DNA of 64,000 nt from Candidatus Latescibacterota bacterium (GCA_965116885.1 OZ220741.1:4224001-4288000); one strand, 5' to 3'; numbered from the stretch's first letter, positions 18,604 to 29,615 are shown. The notes: generated from the sequence alone by a model not told the origin. Program-made: numbers and translations.

Positions 18604-19290
18604 TTATCGAGTAATTCGAAAACGTATGGGTATGACGAGATAGACTTTAACAGGTCTATCATTTTGACGGGCTGGCTTAAAACGGTATTGATTAACGGAC
18701 TGAAGGGCCGCTTTGTAAAAAATTTCTTTGCCTTTGACAGCAACGGCCTGTTCGACTACTCCGGCTTTGTCAACCAGTATTTTCAAGTGAACGGTGCCTT
18801 CAATCCCCGCCTTGAGGGCGACCGGGGGATATACTGGTGCTACGCGATGGATGAGCACGGGTTTTTCTTCGACCATGAAATATTCGAGTATCTCTTCTTC
18901 TGGTTCTTCTATTACAGCAGTCTCACCGGGAGGTGGGGGTACATGGAGATCGACCTTATCGAAATCGAGGTCGGTAGTTTCAATAGTAACATCGTCGGGA
19001 ACATCATCGCTTTCAGTTGCAATGGGTATAGACGGTCGTGGCGGTGGCGGTGCACGGTGAATTTGACGAGTTTCCGGTATATCGACGTTCTCTATGACGA
19101 TGGTGCGTCTCTCTATTTTGCGCGTGCCAGCCGTAAATGTGGGAAACATCAACCCTATGCCTACATGCAAGATGAATGCAATCACCATGCTGATGCGAAA
19201 TACGCGCTTATAAGTGCGTTTGAGATCACAATCTGGATTTTTGATACGCGGAATTTCAGGCGTGATCCACTGGTCTGTGTTTTTTTCCAT
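18604..19290 (-). CDS. tonB: TonB energy transducer
   Basis: N-terminal TM helix, Pro-rich linker, C-domain YP..A...GIEGTV...FKPARQ..RPV. Confidence 0.88.
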   Translation of the reverse strand: MEKNTDQWITPEIPRIKNPDCDLKRTYKRVFRISMVIAFILHVGIGLMFPTFTAGTRKIERRTIVIENVDIPETRQIHRAPPPPRPSIPIATESDDVPDDVTIETTDLDFDKVDLHVPPPPGETAVIEEPEEEILEYFMVEEKPVLIHRVAPVYPPVALKAGIEGTVHLKILVDKAGVVEQAVAVKGKEIFYKAALQSVNQYRFKPARQNDRPVKVYLVIPIRFRITR

Positions 19291-19506
19291 AGCCTTTCTC
19301 GGTGGCAAGAACGATGAATCTATGTAATTAAGCTATTGGCTTATTTTGCTGAACACTTATACCTATCTATAAATTCTAACACTGCTGGCATAGAAAGGCA
19401 AGATATTTTTGCAAGCCCTTGTTCGACAAAACTACTTGTTTATTCATGGTTCATATCAATATATTGAAGCCTGTTAATCAATTATCACCTTTCTCGTGGT
19501 TCAAAA

Positions 19507-21069
19507 ATGGGAAACCGCTTCTCTCATTTGCTATTTATGTGTGCTATGGGCCTTCTGGTCGGATGTTATAACCCCCAACGCGATCTGAGCATAGACCCAT
19601 ACAATACACCGCTCATTCACATTCTCGATGCTTCCTTTAAGATTGAGGATTCCACCACGGGAGTAGTCGTTGTGCAGTGGGAGTATCTCGGGCAGAAGCG
19701 CGTTGAGAACTTTGTCCTCCAGCGTCGAGATAATATTTCTGGCTTTAGAAATATCGAGCGTTCCTCCGGTGCCGATGGCGATGGCAGATACGCGACTGTG
19801 GGCGCATTTCAAGACCGCACACTATTTGCTGGCGAGCGCTTGCAATACCGCGTAGTTGCCGAACATAGCGAAGGTGGTCTGGTGAGTACTTCTGCTGTTG
19901 AAGTCCCTATCCCCGGTGCTGCTTTACTCGAAGTTCGGCGCGACCCCATTGCCCTTGACGTGCAACTCGTCTGGCATGATGAGGGAAACACGGCAAGAAG
20001 GTATGAAATTCTGCGGACGCCTGAAGGTGACCATAAAGAGGTGATTTCCGTCATAGAAGCCTGGTTGGGGAAGACTTCCTTTTGGGATCGATCAATTTCC
20101 GACAATCTCCCTTATACTTATACCATAAGGTCTTTCCATTTTATTTCAGAGGCTGGCATTTCCTTGCCGAATATGAGTCTCACAAGTCGCAGCGTGCGCA
20201 TGCAATTTTATCGCGAAGCAGGACGGCATGTCGTTGAGACCCTGAGTGGTGCAAACGAGCGAATGCGACTTTCGGCTGCTGATCCCAATAATTCCGATGA
20301 CGAAGCCGACATGCTCGCCCTGATTGTTCGCCCCAACCAGATATCGCTTTCTCGCCTGCGGCATACCTTGAGTGTCGATATTTCCAATACGCTATCGCGC
20401 CACCTCGTCGGGACTTCTTTTCCGCGGTTGAACGATCTCGTGCCGCAATCGGTGGATCTGGCTGGCCCTTCGCTTGCGGGGCAGGGAGCTTTTCAACGCG
20501 CTTATATCGGCGGTCTGGATCGGGTTGGGCGCGTTGTAGTTGTGGGTATTGAACTAATTAATAACACCACGGTGTGGCGCATTCCCGACAATTGGGTAAG
20601 CGCGTCTTCGCATGTGCGACTGGCTCAGGACGATAAACAGCGGGTTTATGTTGCGACAGGCGGGCAATTGCGCGTCTATTCTGCTACAGGTTCTCCGGTG
20701 GGCACTTTCGATCTCGAATATGGAAATCCCGTAGATATCGCAGTTCACAATGGCGTTATCTGGACCGCCTGGGCAAATCGAGTTCAACGAGGGATTTTGC
20801 GCTTTTCGAATGATGTCCTCAGTGATATTACATGGGATGAGCTACATTCTCAGATCGAACCGCGCGCTTTAACGCTCAATACTGCGGGACAGGTTTTTGT
20901 ATTGGATCGCACGCAGGTGCGCGTGTTTCAGGCAGATGGGACACCTCTTCTCTCCTGGGAACTGCCTTCGGGCGCATTCTCAGCAGATGATCTAACTATC
21001 GGCGGATCAACCAGAAATTTTGTCCATCTTGCAGATGGAGATGGAAGGATCATAACATATGTACCGTAG
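19507..21069 (+). CDS. Lipoprotein with FN3-like and beta-propeller-like regions
   Basis: Lipobox LLVGC; FN3-type W...Y.YRV and YTYTIRS strands; NHL-like C-terminal repeats. Confidence 0.6.
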   Translation: MGNRFSHLLFMCAMGLLVGCYNPQRDLSIDPYNTPLIHILDASFKIEDSTTGVVVVQWEYLGQKRVENFVLQRRDNISGFRNIERSSGADGDGRYATVGAFQDRTLFAGERLQYRVVAEHSEGGLVSTSAVEVPIPGAALLEVRRDPIALDVQLVWHDEGNTARRYEILRTPEGDHKEVISVIEAWLGKTSFWDRSISDNLPYTYTIRSFHFISEAGISLPNMSLTSRSVRMQFYREAGRHVVETLSGANERMRLSAADPNNSDDEADMLALIVRPNQISLSRLRHTLSVDISNTLSRHLVGTSFPRLNDLVPQSVDLAGPSLAGQGAFQRAYIGGLDRVGRVVVVGIELINNTTVWRIPDNWVSASSHVRLAQDDKQRVYVATGGQLRVYSATGSPVGTFDLEYGNPVDIAVHNGVIWTAWANRVQRGILRFSNDVLSDITWDELHSQIEPRALTLNTAGQVFVLDRTQVRVFQADGTPLLSWELPSGAFSADDLTIGGSTRNFVHLADGDGRIITYVP

Positions 21070-21835
21070 TTTATTGGTCTGGATGTTGTTTTGTCTGGCG
21101 ATGGGTTCGGCATGGGCGAATGACCAGAAAATTATTGAAAAAGCGCAGGCCGCCTATCGCGCGGGGGATTATGCCAGTGCGTTTGAGACGCTCTCACAGC
21201 TTCCGCGCTTATTGGGCGTGGTGCCCTTGTTCGACAGGCCACAACAGAGTCGGAGAGCCGAGATCTTTTTTGACCTGGGACGCATTCACATGGCTGCCAG
21301 CGATACGGCTCGTGCACGTCTGGCACTTGCCGAGGCTTTTCGCTTGGATCCAGAAGTCAACAAGGGAATTATGGATATTGGTCCGGATCAGGCACTTGCA
21401 GATACGCGGACGTTGCTTTTGGGCATGCGCGGCATAACACTACGACAAACCCTTGGGAAAACCACGTTTTGGGGTGCTGCGAGCCGCTCGCTTATTTTGC
21501 CAGGGTGGGGGCAGTTGTACCGAGGACACAAAAAACGGGGGTATGTCTTTATGGGGACTTCGGCAGTGCTCGCTGCGGCCTGGCTTGTGACCGATATATC
21601 CTATCGCAGTGCATATAGCACCTATCGCGGCACGCGTTTGAATGATTTGCAACTGGGGCAACCCATAGCAGGCACGGATTCCGATGCATTTACCCAAAAT
21701 TTTGAACGCGTGGAATCTCGTGCAGGGAGGGCCAATCTCGTGCTGGGCCTGCTCGCGGCGGTCTGGTTATCCAGTGTATTGGATCATCTGGTGATTGGAC
21801 CAGCTCAAGTCTCATTATCGGTGCCCATCAAGTGA
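21059..21835 (+). CDS. Exported TPR protein with C-terminal DUF5683-like membrane region
   Basis: Signal peptide, TPR-like helices, RSLILPGWGQLY motif followed by TM helices. Confidence 0.65.
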   Translation: MYRSLLVWMLFCLAMGSAWANDQKIIEKAQAAYRAGDYASAFETLSQLPRLLGVVPLFDRPQQSRRAEIFFDLGRIHMAASDTARARLALAEAFRLDPEVNKGIMDIGPDQALADTRTLLLGMRGITLRQTLGKTTFWGAASRSLILPGWGQLYRGHKKRGYVFMGTSAVLAAAWLVTDISYRSAYSTYRGTRLNDLQLGQPIAGTDSDAFTQNFERVESRAGRANLVLGLLAAVWLSSVLDHLVIGPAQVSLSVPIK

Positions 21836-21847
21836 AGGAGATCGGAC

Positions 21848-24800
21848 TTGAGGCGTTTGTTAAAAAAAATTTTATTCTATCGGGTACACCTTTATACACT
21901 GACCGCATTGCTATTGCCTGTCAGTACTTTTTCTCAGCCGCCTGCTACCTTCCGATTGGCAATCGCGCCCTTTTATTCTCCTTACCATGGCGATTACGGC
22001 GTCTATATGGCCGATCGCATCGCCTATGAACTCTACCGCCGCGCCTATGTGCCTGCTCTGGGAAGGGCGCGTTTTGTTTTAATAGAAACCGATGTGACAA
22101 TGGGGGAGATAGATCAGACCGATAGACAGCTTTCTCCCGAGCTACGCGAGTTCCTTAGCAAAAGGGTTCCCGCCACCTATCTTTTGACGGGTTCTGTCGC
22201 GTTTACAGGTATTTATACAATTAAACTCAAGCTCATTGATCTTCAGACGGGTATAATTGTCTGGACGGGTGATGCGCGGGACAATCCTGCGTGGGTGTGG
22301 ACGCGTGCACATCGGTCTGTGGGAGAGATCCCCGCTGTCGAAGTGCGGTCTTCGCTTGGGTTTGCCGAAGAGGAAACACCTGTACCCGCGCCAGAAGTTG
22401 AACATTTGCCACACCATATTCTCATGCAACCACTCCACACGACAGAATATCTGCCTCTTGCTGCCGATTGTGAAATGCACTTCAAAAATGCGATTCAGCG
22501 CGATGGCCTGTTTTCCCTCGTGCCAGGGGCATTAAAAGGGAGACAGGGACACGAGCGGTTTGCTCGCATCAGTCCTGATTTGCGACGGCAAGCATCGGAA
22601 ACAACGCTTGCAGAAGCCATCCTGACGGGCAGCTTGCTTGTACTGGGCAAAGATGGATCAATGGATAATTTCGGGGTGGTGTTGCGTTTGATTGATGTGG
22701 AGACCGGACAAATTCTCTGGATGGGGTCTTCGACTGGGCGAAGAGTCTGGCGATGGGACAAAATAGCGGATATTGTGTCTGCGACCATTGGACGACTTGG
22801 TGAAGACTTCGCGCAATACGGGGCAGGGGCAGCAGAAACCCAGATTGCGGCGTTGCGCGATCATGCAAAAGATGGGAAATCGTGGAGTGTGCTCGGACAT
22901 GCCTATCTTGAGCGGGGACTGCTCAAGCAGGCTGAAGAAGCATTTGAAAAAGCCATGATTTTCCCCGATGCTCCGGCAGAGGCAAGCGCGGGAAAAGGGC
23001 TGGTGTTGCTGAGACGAGGCAGGCATTTCGATGACGGAGTACAGGCACTCAGATCTGCAATCCGAACTGATCCAGATTATCTGGATGCGTACAGCTATCT
23101 CGCGCAGGCTCTTCTCGATCAGGGGATGATTGATGGCGTGAAAATTGCCGAAAACGCCATTCGGCGCGATTCGACATATCTCCCGCCATACCGCGTGCTG
23201 GGCGATTGGTATGCCGACCGTGAAGATCACCAAAGAGCGCGGGGGTTTTATCAGACTTATTTGACGCGTAACCCCGACGATGAAGTCGCTGAACGGTTGG
23301 GTAGAAGCCTGTTGCAGTTGAAAAACTATCGGGATATCGACCGCTTTATCGCGCCCATCGCACGCGAAAAACCCGAAGCCTCTCATTTGTTGCCCATTAT
23401 GGCAATCAAAGCGTTGCGGGTGAAGCGCTTTGAGGAGTCGGCCCAATTATTCGAGCGATTTCTCGCGCAAATTAACGCGCGCGAACGCCAGCTTTACGAC
23501 GATATTCAGGTGCTGTTGTCAAATGAGGAAATAGGGACTTATCGCACGCTTAACGATGCGGAAAAGAATAATTATGTGGTGCGTTTTTGGCGTGCAAAAA
23601 ATCCGAATTTGTCCAGCGCATACAACGAGCGACAACTGGCGCACTACGAACGGGTCTGGATGGCGCGCTGGGCATTTGGGCGGGAAAATTATCCCTGGGA
23701 CCGGCGCGGTGAGGTCTATATTCGCTACGGTGAACCCGATTACCGCGCTCGCTCGGGATGGATTTCCTCGCTACCCTCAACGCGTGTGCAGGAAGTGAAG
23801 GAAAAGGTGTATCGAGAATTGTATCGGGATCCCAATGAAAGCGAATTGATTGGACCGGTTTTTCCCATTCGAAGCGATCGCGGATTTGCTGCTGAGCGCG
23901 AAAGAGAGGTGCTCGATATACCCGATCAAAATACCTTTGGCTCGGTTGAAGGACGCAGTGAAGGAGCCTCTCGCAGCGACCCTTCTCAGGAGGCATACGC
24001 GCCTGTTACCATGCAACACGACCGCAGTATCGTGCCCTGGGAGTCGTGGGTCTATACCGAGGTGGATGGCGGCATGGTCATCGATTTTACACGCGAATTG
24101 GGTGGCGTCTCCGGGTTTGATTTCGCTCCTATTCCGCCTATTCCGCCCACTATGCTCAGAGATAATATTCGAATTGCCGAACACGCTCCGGCAATTCGCT
24201 ACAAAAACGCCACAGTGAGCCAGTCCGATGAATTTCGCAAAGCACCTCGCTTGTCGCTGGGCACTTTTTATTTTGATCTGGTGGACTTTCGGGGTAGTGC
24301 AGGCAAAACCCGCGTAGATATTATTTCCGGCATACCGCTTGAAAATTTGCTCGTCGTTACAGACGGACAGCACCCCCAGGTGGTGCTTGAACGCGCGGTC
24401 GCGCTGACCGATTCGGCATACCGCGTGGTGTATCGAAACGCGCAAAAAGTGCAGTATTTTGTAGATACCTCAAATGTCATCACCCAGGAAGTTGTGGATA
24501 TCACGCGCCAGGATGTGCCCGCAGGCCTGTATCATCTCTCACTGACTGTTACCGATGCTATGACCGCACGGCAAGGGGTGTTCGCGATCGATGTGACGAT
24601 TGATGAATACGACGAAGAACAGCTTCATATCAGCGATCTCTTGCTCGTTAAAAGTCTATCGGATACGCTGCGCGATACGCGATTTCGCCGGGGAAATTGG
24701 CAAGTAGTTCCCAATCCCCGAAGGACTGTTCACGCGCCTAATCCACTGGCGTTTTATTGCGAAGTGTACAATTTGGCAAAAGACGAGTTTGGACAGACTC

Positions 24801-25045
24801 GCTATCGCGTGACAACAGCAGTCAAGGCAACGGAAACAGAGCAAAGACGTGGGCGAGAGAATGTTGACCAACCCGAGGTCGCGCTGTCCTATACACAAGT
24901 AGGCAACAGCGATTGGGAACGCTTGCCCCTTGAAGTACACCTCGAACACGCACAGGCAGGGCAAAATCGCCTTTTTGTAATTATTGAGGATCTCGTCGCA
25001 GGGACACGGGTGGCAAAGGATACTTTTTTTCAGTATATTCGATAA
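21848..25045 (+). CDS. GWxTD-domain protein with TPR repeats
   Basis: FW...NP....YNERQLAHYERV..A...F...PWDRRGEVYIRYGEPD (GWxTD-family core), central TPRs, N-terminal CsgG-like domains. Confidence 0.8.
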   Translation: MRRLLKKILFYRVHLYTLTALLLPVSTFSQPPATFRLAIAPFYSPYHGDYGVYMADRIAYELYRRAYVPALGRARFVLIETDVTMGEIDQTDRQLSPELREFLSKRVPATYLLTGSVAFTGIYTIKLKLIDLQTGIIVWTGDARDNPAWVWTRAHRSVGEIPAVEVRSSLGFAEEETPVPAPEVEHLPHHILMQPLHTTEYLPLAADCEMHFKNAIQRDGLFSLVPGALKGRQGHERFARISPDLRRQASETTLAEAILTGSLLVLGKDGSMDNFGVVLRLIDVETGQILWMGSSTGRRVWRWDKIADIVSATIGRLGEDFAQYGAGAAETQIAALRDHAKDGKSWSVLGHAYLERGLLKQAEEAFEKAMIFPDAPAEASAGKGLVLLRRGRHFDDGVQALRSAIRTDPDYLDAYSYLAQALLDQGMIDGVKIAENAIRRDSTYLPPYRVLGDWYADREDHQRARGFYQTYLTRNPDDEVAERLGRSLLQLKNYRDIDRFIAPIAREKPEASHLLPIMAIKALRVKRFEESAQLFERFLAQINARERQLYDDIQVLLSNEEIGTYRTLNDAEKNNYVVRFWRAKNPNLSSAYNERQLAHYERVWMARWAFGRENYPWDRRGEVYIRYGEPDYRARSGWISSLPSTRVQEVKEKVYRELYRDPNESELIGPVFPIRSDRGFAAEREREVLDIPDQNTFGSVEGRSEGASRSDPSQEAYAPVTMQHDRSIVPWESWVYTEVDGGMVIDFTRELGGVSGFDFAPIPPIPPTMLRDNIRIAEHAPAIRYKNATVSQSDEFRKAPRLSLGTFYFDLVDFRGSAGKTRVDIISGIPLENLLVVTDGQHPQVVLERAVALTDSAYRVVYRNAQKVQYFVDTSNVITQEVVDITRQDVPAGLYHLSLTVTDAMTARQGVFAIDVTIDEYDEEQLHISDLLLVKSLSDTLRDTRFRRGNWQVVPNPRRTVHAPNPLAFYCEVYNLAKDEFGQTRYRVTTAVKATETEQRRGRENVDQPEVALSYTQVGNSDWERLPLEVHLEHAQAGQNRLFVIIEDLVAGTRVAKDTFFQYIR

Positions 25046-25126
25046 AAACAATCCACTTAAATTTTTTTAGGCTGACTGATTGACAGAAATGCGAGCATTG
25101 CTTAAGTTTGCTTGAAGGAGAGGAAA

Positions 25127-25477
25127 ATGGAAAAGCCAGATTTTAGCGAAGATGATCGCATATTGTCCGTTTTGACGGACAATGCAGATATTGAGGCATT
25201 TAGCAATCTGATGGAACACGCACACGGGCAAGGCGTTAGTGCGGCTGATTTTATCCGCGAAGAACCCAGGCGCACCTCTCGAAAGCGCATTCGCAAGCTC
25301 TGTCTGAAAAACCGCAAACGATCTCTACAGGTGATGTTCCAATCCGTCATCAAATCGCTATGGGATCGTCCTGTTACCGACACATCAGTTGTAGAATCCT
25401 TGTATGGGGGGATGCCTCCACAGTTTGGAAAGCCCCACCGCAATGGTCATACCGACAAAAGGAATGAGGGTGAATAA
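25127..25477 (+). CDS. Hypothetical protein
   Basis: GAAGGAGAGG RBS; TTGACA box at 25080 upstream. Confidence 0.55.
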   Translation: MEKPDFSEDDRILSVLTDNADIEAFSNLMEHAHGQGVSAADFIREEPRRTSRKRIRKLCLKNRKRSLQVMFQSVIKSLWDRPVTDTSVVESLYGGMPPQFGKPHRNGHTDKRNEGE

Positions 25478-25646
25478 TCCACTGATCCTTCGGGCACATA
25501 TTGATGAAATAGAAGCGCTTAGAGATGACCTGTTGCCATCTGCAAAACGCGGACAGGGCGATGCGCGTGAACTCGCGATTGTCCTCCACAAGATTGCAAT
25601 GGAAAAGCGGGATCGTTTGCGAGGGCATACTAATAAACAACCCTGA
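25470..25646 (+). CDS. Small hypothetical protein
   Basis: Fills the gap between 25477 and ruvX with translational coupling; start uncertain. Confidence 0.4.
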   Translation: MNNPLILRAHIDEIEALRDDLLPSAKRGQGDARELAIVLHKIAMEKRDRLRGHTNKQP

Positions 25647-25648
25647 TT

Positions 25649-26059
25649 ATGGCGCGTATTCTATCCGTTGACTTTGGCAGGCGCCGCATTGGGCTTGCAG
25701 TATGCGACGAATTGCAAATTTCTGTTCGGGGATTGCCCACACTTAAAGTTCGCAATTTCAATGATAGTGTGGCGCAGGTTGCACAGGTCGCAGGAGATGA
25801 GGCTGTTGGGGAAGTGGTTATTGGCTTGCCCTTAAACATGGACGGCAGCCGTGGGGACATGGCGCAGGTCGCAGAAAATTTCGCTTCTCAACTCGCTGTT
25901 TTGTGCAATATACCAGTTCGCATGTTTGATGAACGACTTTCATCGGTGGGTGCAAAACGCGAATTGGATGCCATGCAGGCAAAGAAACGCAAAGGAGAAA
26001 TAGATCGCATGGCTGCTGTATTAATCCTCGAAACTTATTTGCAGCACAAAGGAAGATAG
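25649..26059 (+). CDS. ruvX: Holliday junction resolvase RuvX/YqgF
   Basis: ILSVDFGRRRIGLA, VIGLPLNMDGS, DERLSS, ID..AA.LILE. Confidence 0.93.
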   Translation: MARILSVDFGRRRIGLAVCDELQISVRGLPTLKVRNFNDSVAQVAQVAGDEAVGEVVIGLPLNMDGSRGDMAQVAENFASQLAVLCNIPVRMFDERLSSVGAKRELDAMQAKKRKGEIDRMAAVLILETYLQHKGR

Positions 26060-26065
26060 CCCCTT

Positions 26066-27091
26066 ATGAAACGGTTTCTCTTTATTTTGAGCATTGTGCC
26101 AATTGTGTGCATTTTTGTTGCTTGCGCGGGGATTTTTATTTTTAATCGGCCAACGGGAGTGGGGAAGAAAGAGGTCGAGGTTCGACATGGAGCAACCGTT
26201 AAACAAATCAGCCATCAACTCTATCAGAAGCGCCTGATCCACAGCCCGCGCCTGCTGCAGTTTCTTGCACAGATCAATGGGAGTAGTCGTCGTTTGAAGG
26301 CTGGGATTCATCCCTTCGACGGTCAGATGACGACCTGGGAGGTTTTGCTCGAGTTGGAGCGTTCACGCGATGTCACACAAAATGTCACGGTCCTCGAGGG
26401 TTTAGAAAAAAAACACGTTGCGGCGATCCTATCTGAAAAATTGAATCTCGACCAGAAAAAATTGCTGTTGTTAATGAATAGTGCTGCTTTTTGTATAACT
26501 CTTTCTGTGCAGGCCAAAGATCTGGAAGGCTATTTATTTCCCGAAACCTATAATTTTCCGACAACAGTATCAGAACAACAGGTTCTGCGCAGGATGGTTG
26601 AGCATTGTCAGGCTGTTTTTGATGAACGGCTTCAGAGACGCGCAGATGAACTCGGAATGAGTATTCACGAAGTGATCACGCTCGCATCTATTATCGAAGG
26701 GGAAACCAGTTGGGATTCCGAGCGAGACACGATTGCGGCAGTTTATCACAATCGCCTTAAAAAAGGCATGCGTCTGCAAGCCGATCCCACGGTGCAATAT
26801 GCTATTCCCGGTGAACCTCGGCGTCTGTTTTATAAGGATTATGACTACGAATCTCTCTATAATACCTATCGCCATGCGGGACTCCCACCCGGGCCGATTA
26901 ACAGTCCTGGACGCGCATCTATCGAGGCTGCTCTATTTCCCGCTGATGTCGATTATTTGTATTTTGTCGCCACCGGCAAAGGTGGTCATGTTTTTACGCG
27001 TACTTTGCAAGGCCACAAAGCTGCCATAAGAAGTACCGCGGCTGTAAGAGAAAATACCTGGAAAAAAGAAAAATTGGTGACGGGAGATTGA
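26066..27091 (+). CDS. mltG: Endolytic transglycosylase MltG
   Basis: LEGYLFPETY, LASIIEGE, LQADPTVQY, YNTY...GLPPGPINSPG. Confidence 0.93.
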   Translation: MKRFLFILSIVPIVCIFVACAGIFIFNRPTGVGKKEVEVRHGATVKQISHQLYQKRLIHSPRLLQFLAQINGSSRRLKAGIHPFDGQMTTWEVLLELERSRDVTQNVTVLEGLEKKHVAAILSEKLNLDQKKLLLLMNSAAFCITLSVQAKDLEGYLFPETYNFPTTVSEQQVLRRMVEHCQAVFDERLQRRADELGMSIHEVITLASIIEGETSWDSERDTIAAVYHNRLKKGMRLQADPTVQYAIPGEPRRLFYKDYDYESLYNTYRHAGLPPGPINSPGRASIEAALFPADVDYLYFVATGKGGHVFTRTLQGHKAAIRSTAAVRENTWKKEKLVTGD

Positions 27092-29256
27092 TGCTTTCCA
27101 TTCTCGATGGATTAAATGATGCACAACGAAAAGCTGTACAGGCCGTAGATGGCCCTGTACTCATTCTCGCGGGGGCGGGGTCCGGCAAAACGCGTGTTTT
27201 GACGCGGCGCATCGCCTATCTGTTGAGTGAGTGCGGTGTTGATCCGCGCCAGATTCTGGCGATGACTTTTACCAATAAGGCCGCGGGAGAAATGCGCGAG
27301 CGCGTTGAAGACTTGCTGCATCGTTCGTGCAACACCATGTGGATTGGCACGTTCCACAGTTTGTGTGCGCGTCTTTTGCGATCACAGGCCGAACGCGTGG
27401 GACTGAGATCCAACTTTACGATTTACGATGCAACGGATCAACTCGCGCTTCTGCGACGAGTTATTGCTGATGAAGAACTTTCTGAACGCGACTTTCCAGC
27501 GCGTTTGATTCGCACGCGGATCAGCCAGGCGAAAAATCAGATGGTGGGCATCGATGTGTTTGCCCAGCGTGCGAGTACATTTCGGGAACAGATAATCGCG
27601 CGGGTTTTTCGCCACTACCAGGATGCTCTGAAGCAGAATAATGCCGTTGACTTTGATGATTTGTTGACATTGAGCGTGGAGTTAATCCGCGACCACGAAG
27701 ATGTGCGCCAGACCTACCAGGCTCAGTTTTCACATATTTTAATTGACGAGTATCAGGATACCAATCGCCCACAATACCTTTTTGCGCGTTATTTGGCAGA
27801 AGTTCATCAAAATATATGTGTTGTTGGCGATGACGATCAGAGCATCTATGCGTGGCGTGGTGCAGATATTCGCAATATTCTCGATTTTGAAGCCGATTAT
27901 CCAAACGCGCTTGTTGTGCGTTTGGAGCAAAACTACCGTTCGACGCAGATTATCCTGGATGCCGGCAATGCCCTGATTCGCAACAATGCGGGGCGCAAGG
28001 GAAAAGAACTGTGGACAGATCGCGCACGGGGCGAGAAAATCCGTTTAAAAAGATGCGCCGATGAGGCAGAAGAAGCCCGCTGGATCGCCGGCGTAGCGCG
28101 AGACTTTAAGCGCGATCATACCTACCGGGATATGGCAGTGCTCTATCGCACCAATGCACAGTCTCGCGCCCTTGAAGAAGGGTTCAGACGCGCCGATATC
28201 CCGTATCAAATCGTGGGGGATGTGCGCTTTTACGAGCGCAAGGAAGTCAAAGATGTGCTCGCGTATCTCAAATTGGTGGTCAATCCGCGCGATTCCATCA
28301 GCTTTTGGCGCGTGATTAACACGCCGCGCCGCGGTATAGGTACGACATCTACGGGACGGCTCGATGAGTTCGCCATGCGCGAGGGGCTTGCGCCCTATGA
28401 GGCACTTGCAAATTGCATTGATACAATTCCGAAGCGCACAGCTCTCGCGATGCAGCGCTTTTACGACATGGTTGAGGGTTTTCGCGTGGATATGGAGACG
28501 ATACCCGCAGATGAACTCGCGGCAAAAATTGTCGATGAATCTGGATATTTGCGCGATTTTGAAAAACTCCTGCCGGAAGAACAGATGTCGCGAAGAGCGC
28601 ATGTCGCAGAATTGCTGACAGATATTCAGCTTTTTGTCGAGCAGTCGGACGATGTCTCTTTAGAGGCGTATTTGCGGAAAGTTTCCCTGGTGACAGATGT
28701 GGATCAGTGGGAAAACACCGAGGATGCGGTTACACTGATGACTCTCCACAGTGCTAAGGGGCTGGAATTTCCCATTGTGTTTGTTACCGGCCTCGAGGAT
28801 GGGCTGTTTCCGATTTTGCGAACCGCTGGCGATGACGGCAATATGGAAGATGCGTTAGAAGAGGAACGCCGTCTTTTTTACGTGGGTATTACCCGCGCCC
28901 AGGATCGGCTCTTTTTGTCTTATGCGATGCGAAGGCAAAGATACGGCGGTGCGGTATCCTGTTCGGCCTCGCAGTTTTTGTCCGAAATCCCCGAAGACCT
29001 GCTCGATGCCGGTTTTAAGATCAGTGAGGCCAGCAGCATTCCACGCAAAAAATCGGGCAGAGAACCCGCTCGACGGGTCAATCCTGGAGAACCGTTTTTA
29101 ATGGATGTCGGATCCTGGGTCGTGCATCCCGCCTGGGGACGCGGACAGATTCAAAACCGCGCGGGGTCGGGACAAACAGCCAGACTCAAAGTGCGATTCG
29201 ACGGCGGGGCCGTCAAAACGCTCATGGTCAAATTTGCCAATCTTCAGCCAGGATAG
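27088..29256 (+). CDS. pcrA: ATP-dependent DNA helicase PcrA/UvrD
   Basis: AGAGSGKT, DEYQD, VGDDDQSIY, HSAKGLEF, EERRLFYVGITRA, C-terminal Tudor-like domain. Confidence 0.95.
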   Translation: MMLSILDGLNDAQRKAVQAVDGPVLILAGAGSGKTRVLTRRIAYLLSECGVDPRQILAMTFTNKAAGEMRERVEDLLHRSCNTMWIGTFHSLCARLLRSQAERVGLRSNFTIYDATDQLALLRRVIADEELSERDFPARLIRTRISQAKNQMVGIDVFAQRASTFREQIIARVFRHYQDALKQNNAVDFDDLLTLSVELIRDHEDVRQTYQAQFSHILIDEYQDTNRPQYLFARYLAEVHQNICVVGDDDQSIYAWRGADIRNILDFEADYPNALVVRLEQNYRSTQIILDAGNALIRNNAGRKGKELWTDRARGEKIRLKRCADEAEEARWIAGVARDFKRDHTYRDMAVLYRTNAQSRALEEGFRRADIPYQIVGDVRFYERKEVKDVLAYLKLVVNPRDSISFWRVINTPRRGIGTTSTGRLDEFAMREGLAPYEALANCIDTIPKRTALAMQRFYDMVEGFRVDMETIPADELAAKIVDESGYLRDFEKLLPEEQMSRRAHVAELLTDIQLFVEQSDDVSLEAYLRKVSLVTDVDQWENTEDAVTLMTLHSAKGLEFPIVFVTGLEDGLFPILRTAGDDGNMEDALEEERRLFYVGITRAQDRLFLSYAMRRQRYGGAVSCSASQFLSEIPEDLLDAGFKISEASSIPRKKSGREPARRVNPGEPFLMDVGSWVVHPAWGRGQIQNRAGSGQTARLKVRFDGGAVKTLMVKFANLQPG

Positions 29257-29264
29257 GACTCCCT

Positions 29265-29552
29265 ATGTCTGTTTCAAAAGATGATGTCCAAAAAGTGGCG
29301 CAACTTGCGCGCCTGGATTTTGCGCCGGAAGAAGAGGCGCAACTAATTGACGATTTGAACCGCATGCTCGAATATGTTGCGGCACTTGATCAACTCGATA
29401 CAACAGAGGTCTCCCCAACAGCGCATGTACTCCCCCTGGAAAATGCGTTTCGGGACGATGTAATGGGGCAATCGTTGGATCGGTCAGACGCGCTGGCGAA
29501 TGCCCCGCTTTCTGGACAAGGTCACTTCCGCGTTCCCAGAGTGATTGAATAA
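29265..29552 (+). CDS. gatC: Asp/Glu-tRNA amidotransferase subunit C
   Basis: VAQLARL...LDT..V.PT....N.FRDD...NAP....HFRVPRVIE. Confidence 0.93.
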   Translation: MSVSKDDVQKVAQLARLDFAPEEEAQLIDDLNRMLEYVAALDQLDTTEVSPTAHVLPLENAFRDDVMGQSLDRSDALANAPLSGQGHFRVPRVIE

Positions 29553-29615
29553 GCACAAGTGTCGGCGGTAAATTCCCGCCGATTTTCTTTTGTCGAACAC
29601 AGATGGAGGCACATT

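Noticed and set aside
18664..19317. 217-aa plus-strand ORF
   Set aside because: Antisense to tonB, which has clear family motifs.
19385..19413. Sigma-54-like TGGCA/GGCA...TTGC upstream of 19507
   Set aside because: GG-to-GC spacing is not 10 nt for either candidate GG.
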